Under the pieces are notes generated by a model. It did not search any database, was not told where the DNA came from, and was given only the letters and a program-made list of their open reading frames with translations. DNA of 24,000 bases from [Synechococcus] sp. NIES-970 (GTDB lineage Bacteria > Cyanobacteriota > Cyanobacteriia > Cyanobacteriales > MRBY01). The DNA lies in the NCBI GenBank assembly GCA_002356215.1, contig AP017959.1, positions 1,728,195-1,752,194 on the forward strand, read 5' to 3'. Shown here in pieces: positions 1-8,493 of the stretch (the first letter of the stretch is position 1; each line of letters begins with the position of its first letter). The position numbers were made by a program, and so were the translations under genes.

Positions 1-2302
1 GCTCTCGCACTGTAATCGAGTCATCCACAATTAAGACAATGGGCTCTGTCTGAACCATTTCCGGCACCAGCAGATGGAGAGCTGGATTTTCTTGCCAGGT
101 GGTGACTTTGGCTCGCACCCGTCCCTGGGCAGCCAATTCAATGAGTTCTAAAACATCTACCACAGGCATCACTGTGCCATCCCCGAGCACCGTAGCCCCA
201 GAAATTCCTGCAGGCTTAGGAATCGGACCTTCAATCTGCTTGATAACAATTTCCTGTTCTCCCAGCACCTGGTCTACTTCGACGGCGAGCAAGTTCCCGG
301 CACTCCGGAGAATCACAACGGGAATTTGGTCGGGATCACTGGCGCCCCCATAGATAGAGCTACGGCCAATTTGTCGTTGGAGTGTTAGGAGATTATTGAG
401 TGGATAGACCCGGAGCCGTGAATCTCGCCACCGAACGTAGCGTTTGCGACCTTCCTGTTCAATTTGCTCTAGGGTGTAGGTCTGCATATCTTCGACCCCA
501 TCCATTGGCAGCGCAATGCGAGAATGGCGGTTAAGACAAAATAGAGCGCGACAGATATTGAGGGTTAAGGGCAGTCGAATGGTAAAGGTGGTTCCTTTAC
601 CGAGCTCTGACTCAATATTGATCGTGCCACGGATACTGCCGAGGGCGGTACGCACCACGTCCATTCCCACACCTCGGCCAGCGAAGTCATCGGCCTGTTC
701 TCGGGTGGTAAAGCCGGCATGGAAGATGAAGTCGTAGATGTCTTGTTGACTGAGGTTGCGGAGTTGATCGGGAGTGATTAGATTTTTTTCGAGGGCTTTG
801 CGGGTGATTGCTTCGGCATCGATCCCCGCGCCATCATCGGCAATGGAGATCACAATTTGGTTGCCCTGTAAATAAGCCTTGAGGGTAACGGTTCCTCCGG
901 GGGGTTTTTTGCGGCTCAGACGTACATCCGGGGACTCAATACCATGGGTGATGGCGTTATTGATCAGGTGTGTTAGGGGATCATAGAGCTGTTCAAGGAT
1001 CATTTTGTCGATCAGCACTTCCCGGCCCTCAATGTTTAATGAAGCTCGTTTATTGAGCTTGAGGGAGATTTCCCGGACGGGACGCACAAGGCGATCGGCA
1101 GCCTGGGAAAAAGGAATCATCCGTGATTTTGTTAAACCCTCCTGGAGTTGGGTACTGACCTGGCGGAGGTTGCGGGCAATTTGTTCGTTGTCATCGACTA
1201 AAAATTCGATGTCAGAGGAGGACTCTCGTACCCGAACGATCAGCTCGATCATCTCCTGGGAGAGGAGGTGAAAGCCGGTGAATTGATCCATTTCTAAGGG
1301 GTCGTATTCTTGGGTAACCGCTTGGCTTGGGTTAACACCGAGCCCATGCCCTTTATCGGTAAATCCGGCGGGAAAATGATATTCATTCCCCTGTCCCCGG
1401 CTGGCAAGGAGGGAGCGTTCGAGGAGGGAGCGTTCGTAGAGGTCTTGGAGCCGACTACCAATATCATTGAGCTGTTGGACTTGGCCTGTGAGGTTATCGA
1501 GAAATTGGCGGAGCTTCTCTTGGCTTTGTTCGAGGGTATTACGGTTAACAACGAGTTCCCCCATGAGGTTGCTGAGGTTATCTAGTTGTTTTACAGGAAT
1601 CCGCATGGTTTGCTCAAAGGCATTGGCTTTGGGGGTGCGGCTACGGCTGGGATTGGTGGTGCTGGTGGTGAGGGGGGGGCCACCAATCGTGTCGGCTTCC
1701 TGGAGGAGGGCTTCGAGCTCGCCAAAATCTGTTTGTTTGGAGATGGCGATCTGGGGGCGTTTGGGGACGGGGGGAGCAATACTCGGAACTTCTTGAATCA
1801 GTTGATTCAGGGCTTGCCAGTCGATGGTACTGGGGGGGGCGGCTGGTTCTAGGTATTGGGCAAGTTCTTGGGGGGGGAGATAGTAGGCGATCGCCAAGGG
1901 CTGTTGTGTTTTTTTGGGTTTGACTTCAGGTCGCTTCAGGGGAGGGGAAACAGGATCTTCTAAGGGGAAAAAGGGTTCGTTTTCGACGTTGGGATCGGTG
2001 TCCTGGAGGAGTGCTTCGAGGTCTGTTTGGAGGTCGTTGGTCTCCTGAGACCGTCCGGGTTGGCTGGTCAGATGGGGTTGGGGGTGGGCCATCTCTTCAA
2101 AGGCCAGCAGCTCCTCAAAGTTTTTGGCGAAGCTCACAAAAGAAACCTTGGGGTCGATTTCGCCCGCAAAAGAGCCCAGGGACGTCAGGGGAGAGGACGT
2201 TTCGGTTTCTAGGTCTTCAAACAGATCCAGAAGTTCATCTTCGAAATCTGCATCTTGGTGTTTGTTTGAGTCATGACTGTTGCTATTCACTGCTATCCCC
2301 AT
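1..2302 (-). CDS. CheA-like hybrid sensor histidine kinase (P3 dimerisation, HATPase, CheW-like P5, start of a receiver domain); partial, the 3' end runs off the left edge
   Basis: Absent from the ORF track because no stop lies in the window. My reverse-strand translation from ATG at 2302 (in-frame TAG just upstream) stays open to base 2. Motifs read: MRIPVKQLDNLSNLMGELVVNRNTLEQ (P3-like), REVLIDKMILEQLYDPLTHLINNAITHGIE (N box), ISIADDGAGID, GRGVGMDVV, GKGTTFTIRLPLTL (G boxes), VVILRSAGNLLAVEVDQVLGEQEIVIK...GATVLGDGTVMPVVD (CheW-like), and IVLIVDDSITVRE (receiver start) at the window edge. Confidence 0.85.
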   Translation of the reverse strand, partial: MGIAVNSNSHDSNKHQDADFEDELLDLFEDLETETSSPLTSLGSFAGEIDPKVSFVSFAKNFEELLAFEEMAHPQPHLTSQPGRSQETNDLQTDLEALLQDTDPNVENEPFFPLEDPVSPPLKRPEVKPKKTQQPLAIAYYLPPQELAQYLEPAAPPSTIDWQALNQLIQEVPSIAPPVPKRPQIAISKQTDFGELEALLQEADTIGGPPLTTSTTNPSRSRTPKANAFEQTMRIPVKQLDNLSNLMGELVVNRNTLEQSQEKLRQFLDNLTGQVQQLNDIGSRLQDLYERSLLERSLLASRGQGNEYHFPAGFTDKGHGLGVNPSQAVTQEYDPLEMDQFTGFHLLSQEMIELIVRVRESSSDIEFLVDDNEQIARNLRQVSTQLQEGLTKSRMIPFSQAADRLVRPVREISLKLNKRASLNIEGREVLIDKMILEQLYDPLTHLINNAITHGIESPDVRLSRKKPPGGTVTLKAYLQGNQIVISIADDGAGIDAEAITRKALEKNLITPDQLRNLSQQDIYDFIFHAGFTTREQADDFAGRGVGMDVVRTALGSIRGTINIESELGKGTTFTIRLPLTLNICRALFCLNRHSRIALPMDGVEDMQTYTLEQIEQEGRKRYVRWRDSRLRVYPLNNLLTLQRQIGRSSIYGGASDPDQIPVVILRSAGNLLAVEVDQVLGEQEIVIKQIEGPIPKPAGISGATVLGDGTVMPVVDVLELIELAAQGRVRAKVTTWQENPALHLLVPEMVQTEPIVLIVDDSITVRE
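1408..1437 (-). repeat. 15-bp tandem duplication inside the CheA-like gene
   Basis: GGAGGGAGCGTTCGA (1408-1422) and GGAGGGAGCGTTCGT (1423-1437) match at 14 of 15 positions. They encode ERSLL-ERSLL on the minus strand. Confidence 0.9.
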
Positions 2303-2489
2303 CTAACGCGAGTCTGAAAGTGCAAAAATTGCCAATTACACCCAGGATAACCCAATCTTTTCGCGGGGTTGCGCTTGGTAAAGTTTTACTGACAGGTTTA
2401 GAAATTAGGCGGGAATTTTTCTGTCCCTAGGAAGCCTGCTATGGTTTTAACGCTGATATCAATCAATGAATTATTTTTGATCACAAACG

Positions 2490-3242
2490 ATGGCTGGACA
2501 TAGTAAGTGGGCAAATATTAAACGGCAGAAGGCGCGGGTTGATGCCAAGAAAGGGAAGACCTTTACCCAGCTCTCCCGGGCGATTATTGTGGCGGCGCGC
2601 CAGGGGATCCCAGATCCGGCGGGGAATTTTCAGCTCCGTACGGCCATTGAAAAAGCGAAGGCAGCGGGCATTCCCAATGAGAATATTGAGCGGGCGATCG
2701 CCAAAGGAGCAGGTACTTACAATGATGGGGAAGCTAACTACGAAGAAATCCGCTACGAAGGTTACGGCCCAGGAGGGGTAGCGATTCTGATAGAGGCTCT
2801 CACTGACAATCGCAATCGCACCGCCGCGGATCTGCGGTCTGCCTTTACAAAAAATGGTGGTAACCTCGGCGAAACAGGTTGTGTGAGCTGGATGTTTCGT
2901 CACAAAGGGATCGTGACCCTCACCGGAGATATTGAAGAAGAAACCCTCTTGGAAGCTTCTTTGGTAGGGGAGGCAGAGAGTTATCACGTCCGAGAAGATG
3001 ATGATGGGGTTGAGGTATTGACCGCCGTCGAAAACCTCGAGCATCTCAACCAAACCCTCCAGGAGGCAGGTTTTGTCGTTGAAGATGCAGAATTGCGTTG
3101 GCTGCCGGAAACGGCGATGACCCTAGAAGAAGACAGTCAGATCCAAGCCGTTTTGAAATTGATCGACAGCCTCGAAGCCCTAGACGATGTCCAAGGGGTG
3201 ACAAGTAATTTGGCGATCGCCCCAGCCCTCACAAGAGTCTGA
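2490..3242 (+). CDS. yebC: YebC/PmpR family DNA-binding transcriptional regulator
   Basis: 250-aa ORF with the N-terminus MAGHSKWANIKRQKARVDAKKGKTFTQLSRAI, then NPRLRTAIEKAKAAGIPNENIERAI-type and YEGYGPGGVAILIEALTDNRNRTAADLR blocks typical of the YebC family. Confidence 0.95.
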   Translation: MAGHSKWANIKRQKARVDAKKGKTFTQLSRAIIVAARQGIPDPAGNFQLRTAIEKAKAAGIPNENIERAIAKGAGTYNDGEANYEEIRYEGYGPGGVAILIEALTDNRNRTAADLRSAFTKNGGNLGETGCVSWMFRHKGIVTLTGDIEEETLLEASLVGEAESYHVREDDDGVEVLTAVENLEHLNQTLQEAGFVVEDAELRWLPETAMTLEEDSQIQAVLKLIDSLEALDDVQGVTSNLAIAPALTRV

Positions 3243-3358
3243 GCTAGAATAGGTCAGGAGCAATGGTGATCTCAAAGGAGTTCCCACCCGTCCCGACCAA
3301 GGCTGAGTTTCGGGAGAGGATGCCCCAATTTTTTGTTATCACAGGGAAATTTTGACTG

Positions 3359-4636
3359 ATGCGCATCCCCGAACCGCTCCCCCACGAAGCTGAGCGCCTC
3401 AAATCTCTTTTTCAGCAGGATCTGCTAGACAGTGCACCGGAAGCAGAGTTTGATAGTATCGTCACCCTGGCCGCCCAATTATTTGGGGTAAAAATCACCT
3501 TGATTTCTTTAGTCGATGATTGTCGTCAGTGGTTTAAAGCAAAGGTGGGCCTGAACGGGGATGAAACATCTCGAGATCTCTCGTTCTGTGGCCATGCACT
3601 CCATGGGGAAGATATTTTTGAGGTCCCCGATGCTCGCCTTGATGAACGTTTTTTTGATAATCCCTTTGTGACGGGAGAGCCCCATGTGCGCTTCTATGCG
3701 GGGCAACCGATTCGCTCCCCGGATGGCTATAAACTAGGGACCCTCTGCCTAATTGACGATCAACCTCGTATGCTCACCATGCCAGAGCGGCATTCATTGC
3801 ACCTACTGGGACAACAGGTCGAGCATTACATTCAACTGCGCCATCAGCTTAGGCAGCAAGAGAAAAGAATTAAGCTCCTATCTGCCCAGGTGCAATCTAG
3901 CAACCAAGCCAATGCTCTCAAGGATCAATTGCTGGCGGTCCTATCCCACGATCTACGGAGCCCCTTGATCAGCTTTCGGTCGGTGCTAGAACTTTTTGCG
4001 ACCCAAAATCTAGAACCAGGGGAACTGGAAGGTTTTATCCCAGAGATTTGCCAAAAGTTCGACCAGACAGAAACTAAAGTTGTGCAAGTATTACGCTGGG
4101 CCCAGCAGCAGTTACACAACCAGGGGGTTTCTTTGGAGCCGCTCAATGTGGAGGCGATCGCCCGCTCTGTCCTTCCTTGGTGTCAAGATTGCGCCCAAAG
4201 AAAAAAAATTGACTTACGGGTTGACCTCACCCCTGGTCTGCAAGCACTGGGAAATTTGGAGTTGGTGGGGGTGGTCCTCCGTAATCTCTTGGGCAATGCG
4301 ATGAAATATTCCCGGCAGGGCGATCAGGTGACTTTATTTGCCTACCAAGAAGGCCAATATGTGGAATTAGGCGTTCAAGATACAGGGCTCGGCATGAAAC
4401 CAGAAACCCTCAAAAAACTCCGTAGCTACACCTACCAAGCCTCTGCCCCAGGAACGGACAATGAGCTGGGAACTGGCTTGGGCTTGTTGCTCTGTCAAAC
4501 TTATCTAAACCAGATGGGAACGGCCCTCGACATCGAGAGCCGTTGGCTGGAGGGGTCGAGCTTCTCTTTTCGGCTGGCGATCGCCCCCGACACGTCAGCG
4601 CACCTGCCTAAAGGGACACCGTGCCCTGGAAACTAA
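3359..4636 (+). CDS. GAF domain-containing sensor histidine kinase
   Basis: 425 aa. The N-terminal GAF-like region ([35 protein letters not shown]...[11 protein letters not shown]) is followed by a coiled linker, the H box LSHDLRSPL, and an HATPase region ([27 protein letters not shown]). No transmembrane segment is evident. Confidence 0.85.
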   Translation: MRIPEPLPHEAERLKSLFQQDLLDSAPEAEFDSIVTLAAQLFGVKITLISLVDDCRQWFKAKVGLNGDETSRDLSFCGHALHGEDIFEVPDARLDERFFDNPFVTGEPHVRFYAGQPIRSPDGYKLGTLCLIDDQPRMLTMPERHSLHLLGQQVEHYIQLRHQLRQQEKRIKLLSAQVQSSNQANALKDQLLAVLSHDLRSPLISFRSVLELFATQNLEPGELEGFIPEICQKFDQTETKVVQVLRWAQQQLHNQGVSLEPLNVEAIARSVLPWCQDCAQRKKIDLRVDLTPGLQALGNLELVGVVLRNLLGNAMKYSRQGDQVTLFAYQEGQYVELGVQDTGLGMKPETLKKLRSYTYQASAPGTDNELGTGLGLLLCQTYLNQMGTALDIESRWLEGSSFSFRLAIAPDTSAHLPKGTPCPGN

Positions 4637-5453
4637 CCGCCGCTGGCCCAGTCATATAAATATGGTTGTCGGCGGCTGACCATTCAATCTGAAGACAGCC
4701 CCCCGGCAGTTCGACGGTGCAGAGGCGATCGCAATGGCCTGTCAACACCCCAGCCACCACCGAAGCGCAGGCGCCGGTACCACAGGCCAGAGTAATACCT
4801 GCCCCTCGTTCCCAGACCCGCATTTTGATGTAGTCAGGACGCACCACTTCGATAAACTCGGTGTTGATCCGCTGGGGAAAGACAGGATGGTGCTCAAAGT
4901 CTTTGCCAATGGTTTCTAAGGCGATCGCGGCCACATCATCCACGAAGGTAATGCAGTGGGGGTTCCCCATACTCACACAGGTGACAGTCCAGGTTTTACC
5001 AACCACCTCTAGGGACTGGTTAATCGCTTGACCATTAGCATCAGCCAAGGTGGTGGGAATTTCAGCAGCACTAAGAATTGGTTCTCCCATATCCACCCGC
5101 ACCTGCTGATTGGCTTCTAGTTGGGGGCGAATAATCCCAGCGAGGGTATGGATATTGTAGGTTTTCCCCGGTGCGTTGCCCCCTTCAAGTTGGTCGAGGA
5201 AGCGGGCCATGCAACGAATGCCATTGCCACACATCTCCGGTTCGGAGCCGTCGGAGTTGTAAATGCGCATGGTGTAATCTGTCCCATCTTGGCCGGGGAG
5301 AGCAAAGATCACACCGTCAGCCCCAATCCCGAAATGGCGATCGCACAACTGAATGGCCTGTTCGGGGGTGACGAGGGGGGTATCTTGCTGGCGATTATCG
5401 AGCAAAATAAAATCGTTACCCAGGCCTTGATATTTCGTAAATTCCAGCACCAT
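4608..5453 (-). CDS. dapF: Diaminopimelate epimerase
   Basis: 281 aa. [20 protein letters not shown] at the N-terminus, and two catalytic-Cys contexts ([12 protein letters not shown] and [12 protein letters not shown]) typical of DapF. Confidence 0.95.
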   Translation of the reverse strand: MVLEFTKYQGLGNDFILLDNRQQDTPLVTPEQAIQLCDRHFGIGADGVIFALPGQDGTDYTMRIYNSDGSEPEMCGNGIRCMARFLDQLEGGNAPGKTYNIHTLAGIIRPQLEANQQVRVDMGEPILSAAEIPTTLADANGQAINQSLEVVGKTWTVTCVSMGNPHCITFVDDVAAIALETIGKDFEHHPVFPQRINTEFIEVVRPDYIKMRVWERGAGITLACGTGACASVVAGVLTGHCDRLCTVELPGGCLQIEWSAADNHIYMTGPAAVSFQGTVSL

Positions 5454-5495
5454 ACTTGTCGGTTAAGCTAATTCAGTAAAAGATAACTCGCCATT

Positions 5496-5705
5496 ATGAC
5501 AGAATTTAATACGGGCTACCCAAGCGTGCGGCGTATCCAGAGCCTCGTCAAAGCAAAAGGGGAAGTGGAAATCAAACTCACCACCAGCGATGTGCTGATT
5601 GGCCGCATCCTCTGGCAAGACCCCTTTTGTCTCTGTGTTGTAGACCGCAGTTCTGCCCAACAGTTTATGGTTTCCCGCCAGGCGATCGCCTACATTAAAG
5701 CCTAG
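5496..5705 (+). CDS. hfq: Cyanobacterial-type Hfq (Sm-like protein)
   Basis: 69 aa, MTEFNTGYPSVRRIQSLVKAKGEVEIKLTTSDVLIGRILWQDPFCLCVVD...RQAIAYIKA. From memory it is collinear with the about 70-aa Synechocystis Hfq homologue (LPSVRQVQ...VEIKLLTGD...G.I.WQD...AIAYI). Confidence 0.8.
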   Translation: MTEFNTGYPSVRRIQSLVKAKGEVEIKLTTSDVLIGRILWQDPFCLCVVDRSSAQQFMVSRQAIAYIKA

Positions 5706-5767
5706 GGCCGTAAACTTTATGGGCCAATCCGTCGTCCGTGGATTCGTTGAAACCCTCAAAAATTGCT

Positions 5768-6682
5768 ATGACTGTCTCTTGCCCCCGTGTTTTTCCCCTC
5801 CTCGCTGGTCTATCTCTCCTCATCGGTCTGCCCCGGCCCGCCAGCGGTGAGCCCCAACTCCAGGTAAATGTTAATCCCAGTAGCCCCCGGCTTGGTGAAA
5901 GTATGGCGGTGATTATCGATCCCCCCGGTAACCTAGATCCTACCCAAGCGGATAATTTAACCGTGCGTTTCACCAGAAGCGGCGCCACCGAAGCAGAAAC
6001 CTTTCCTGTTTTTCCCCTCGATCCGGCAGGCGATCGCTATCGGGCTTTGATTCCCACCACCCCCCTCGAAGCCCATGGCCGGACACTCCTCCAGGTGAGC
6101 GATGGCACCGAAACCCGCAACCTCGCCGTCTGGATTCAAGACCGTCGTTTTCCCACCCAACGCATCACCCTTTCCGGCAGTGGTAGCGGTAGTGCCACCC
6201 AATACGAATTAGACCGCGTTGCCGCCCTTAAAAATCTCGTTACCCCCACAAAACACTGGAGTGGCCCTTTTCGTCGCCCTAGCAATGGCCGGACGTCCAC
6301 CGCTTTTGGGGTGCGCCGCTACTACAATGGCGTTTTTGCCCAGGACTATTACCACCGGGGCCTTGACTACGCTGCTGGCACAGGCTCTCCTGTCGTTGCT
6401 CCTGCGGCGGGCACTGTGGCTCTAATTGACTATGAGCGCAATGGCTTCCGGATCCATGGCAATACCGTTGGTATTGACCATGGCCAAGGGGTTGTGAGCA
6501 TTTTTCTGCACCTCCATACCATCCCTAGCGGTCTTAAAGAGGGGGATTTTGTCCAGGCAGGCCAAAACATCGGCACGATTGGTTCCACGGGCGCTTCCAC
6601 GGGGCCCCACCTCCATTGGGGTCTCTATGTGAACAACATTTCCGTAGACCCCACTCCTTGGCTCAATCAAACAGTGCAATAA
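5768..6682 (+). CDS. M23 family metallopeptidase (LytM-type), secreted
   Basis: HRGLDYAAGTGSPVVAPAAGTV ... GIDHGQGVVSIFLHL ... GSTGASTGPHLHWGLYVNNISVDP are M23 zinc-site motifs (HxxxD and HxH). ATG at 5768 gives a signal-peptide-like N-terminus, MTVSCPRVFPLLAGLSLLIGLPRPASG. The ORF track begins at GTG 5738. Confidence 0.85.
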   Translation: MTVSCPRVFPLLAGLSLLIGLPRPASGEPQLQVNVNPSSPRLGESMAVIIDPPGNLDPTQADNLTVRFTRSGATEAETFPVFPLDPAGDRYRALIPTTPLEAHGRTLLQVSDGTETRNLAVWIQDRRFPTQRITLSGSGSGSATQYELDRVAALKNLVTPTKHWSGPFRRPSNGRTSTAFGVRRYYNGVFAQDYYHRGLDYAAGTGSPVVAPAAGTVALIDYERNGFRIHGNTVGIDHGQGVVSIFLHLHTIPSGLKEGDFVQAGQNIGTIGSTGASTGPHLHWGLYVNNISVDPTPWLNQTVQ

Positions 6683-6735
6683 GCCCCCTCCCTTTGTAGC
6701 AATCCGCAAAAAAACTAACCTATAGTGGAGACCAA

Positions 6736-8385
6736 GTGTCACTCTCAAGCGGGCGTTCCATGGTTTTTTCCCTGACCCAGAGCAGTTCTCGCCAGCGAGA
6801 AATCATTGAAATTGTTTTCAGCAATGGCTGGGATTTCATGAAAAGCCTCCTGACTGGCGGTAAGGCTGATAAGCCGCAAATTCCGCCTCCGGAGGTGTTT
6901 CGCAATATCCTGGTGGAACTCGGTCCTTTTTATGTCAAGCTTGGTCAGCTCCTTAGCACTAGGCCAGATTTGCTCCCGCCCAAGTACATTGAAGCCCTCA
7001 CTGCGCTCCAGGCAAAGGTGCCGACTGTACCCTGGTTTGAAATCGAGCAGACCATCCGGCAACAGCTCCCCAAGCCCCTAGAGGAAGTTTTCCAGGAAAT
7101 TAACCCCAACCCGATCGCCGCCGGGTCGATCGCCCAAATTCACAAAGCAGTATTGCGGACAGGGCAAGCAGTCGCCCTCAAAGTACAACGGCCCGGCATC
7201 GACCAAATCGTCGCCCAGGATATCACCCTAATCAAAGGAATCGCCGAACTAGCAGCCCTCACTGATTTTGGCCAGGACTATGATGTGATTGCCCTGGCGA
7301 AGGAATTTACCAAGGCGGTTCAGGCAGAACTCGACTTCCGTACCGAAGCGGCCTACACCGATCAACTGCGGCGCAACCTGGCAAAGAGTCGTTGGTTTGA
7401 CCCAGAAAAATTGACCATTCCCGAAATTTATTGGGAATTCACCACTGAAAAGCTTCTTGTGATGGAGTGGCTCGATGGCAAACCGCTCCTAGAAGCCGAT
7501 GTACCCGAAAATCAGCGCCAGGCGATCACGACCATTTTGTTTCGGGCCTTTTTTCAGCAGATCTTTGTAGATGGTTTTTTCCATGCCGATCCCCACCCTG
7601 GCAATATTTTCTATCTGGATAATCATGCTGTGGCATTGATTGACTTTGGGATGATTGGTCGCTTAGATCCGCGAACCCAAAAGCTTTTGACAGAAATGCT
7701 CTTGGCGATCGTTGACATGGATGCCCAGAGTTGTGCTCAGTTGACCCTAGAGCTATCTGAGGGGTCGGGGGATACAAACATCGCCCGTTTAGAAGCGGAC
7801 TATGATCGCCTGTTGCGAAAATATTATGACCGCAGCCTGACGCAACTCAATTTTAGTGAGGTATTTTACGAAATTTTGCAGGTGGCCCGCAGCAGTAGGG
7901 TAAAGCTACCCGGTAATTTGGGCCTCTATGCAAAAAGTTTGGCAAATCTGGAAGGGGTAGCCCGTAATTTCAACCCAGAGGTCAACTTACTCGATGAAAT
8001 TAAACCACTAATTACGGATATTTTTCGACGACAACTCATTGGTGATACCCCGTTTCAAACGATGTTTCGTACGGTCTTAGATCTCAAAGCTATCTCTTTG
8101 CGATCGCCGAGACAAATTGATGTGATTCTTGATCGCCTCAGTTCCGAAACTTTGCAATGGAACCTGAACCTACGAGAACTCGATGGCCTGCGCCGCAGTA
8201 TTGACGATTCTGCCAATCGCCTTTCTTTTAGCATCGTTGTGGGTTCTCTGATTATGGGGGCAGCGATTATCACGGTTTCCCCCAATCGCCAGTTAATGAT
8301 TGTGAATGAGATTTTATTCGGCGCCGCCAGTCTTCTAGGATTGTGGTTGATTATCAGTATTCTGCGGTCTGGACGCTTGAAATAG
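6736..8385 (+). CDS. ABC1/UbiB(AarF)-family atypical kinase with a C-terminal membrane anchor
   Basis: 549 aa. GPFYVKLGQLLSTRPDLLPPKYIEALTALQ, IAAGSIAQIHKA, VALKVQRPGI, HADPHPGNIF and LIDFGMIG are ABC1 signatures. The C-terminus is hydrophobic (FSIVVGSLIMGAAIITV, GAASLLGLWLIISIL). GTG 6736 has a GGAG 5 nt upstream. ATG 6760 is an alternative start. Confidence 0.9.
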   Translation: MSLSSGRSMVFSLTQSSSRQREIIEIVFSNGWDFMKSLLTGGKADKPQIPPPEVFRNILVELGPFYVKLGQLLSTRPDLLPPKYIEALTALQAKVPTVPWFEIEQTIRQQLPKPLEEVFQEINPNPIAAGSIAQIHKAVLRTGQAVALKVQRPGIDQIVAQDITLIKGIAELAALTDFGQDYDVIALAKEFTKAVQAELDFRTEAAYTDQLRRNLAKSRWFDPEKLTIPEIYWEFTTEKLLVMEWLDGKPLLEADVPENQRQAITTILFRAFFQQIFVDGFFHADPHPGNIFYLDNHAVALIDFGMIGRLDPRTQKLLTEMLLAIVDMDAQSCAQLTLELSEGSGDTNIARLEADYDRLLRKYYDRSLTQLNFSEVFYEILQVARSSRVKLPGNLGLYAKSLANLEGVARNFNPEVNLLDEIKPLITDIFRRQLIGDTPFQTMFRTVLDLKAISLRSPRQIDVILDRLSSETLQWNLNLRELDGLRRSIDDSANRLSFSIVVGSLIMGAAIITVSPNRQLMIVNEILFGAASLLGLWLIISILRSGRLK

Positions 8386-8493
8386 CCCCGGGGAATGAAA
8401 TCAAGAAAAATTCCCCAGTCCGAACAACCAAAGGATACTATAGAAAATGGCCGTGACCCTTGGCATAAATCATCGTTGCTGATCAGATCTATT

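Noticed and set aside
1005-2430. Several plus-strand ORFs of 60-140 aa (1005-1271, 1310-1585, 1467-1796, 1586-1852, 2011-2430, 2027-2212) and minus-strand ORFs (1294-1551, 1591-1779)
   Set aside because: All overlap the long minus-strand CheA-like reading frame, which carries unambiguous kinase motifs. They are Gly/Arg/Pro-rich noise from the low-complexity region.
2481-3053. A 190-aa minus-strand ORF antisense to yebC
   Set aside because: It lies entirely within the confidently identified YebC gene. The translation has no recognisable motif and has the composition typical of a mirror frame, so I treat it as a shadow ORF.
3280-3345. A possible yebC terminator (TCCCGA...TCGGGA hairpin, with a T6 run 17 nt further on)
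   Set aside because: The stem is only 6 bp with a 13-nt loop, and the T-run is not adjacent, which is too weak to call.
8395-8493. An upstream extension of cysE (start at 8395)
   Set aside because: The extra 33 residues (MKSRKIPQSEQPKDTIENGRDPWHKSSLLIRSI) do not resemble the SAT N-termini. Met at 8494 gives the conserved MLSTLLADF...ERDPAA start.
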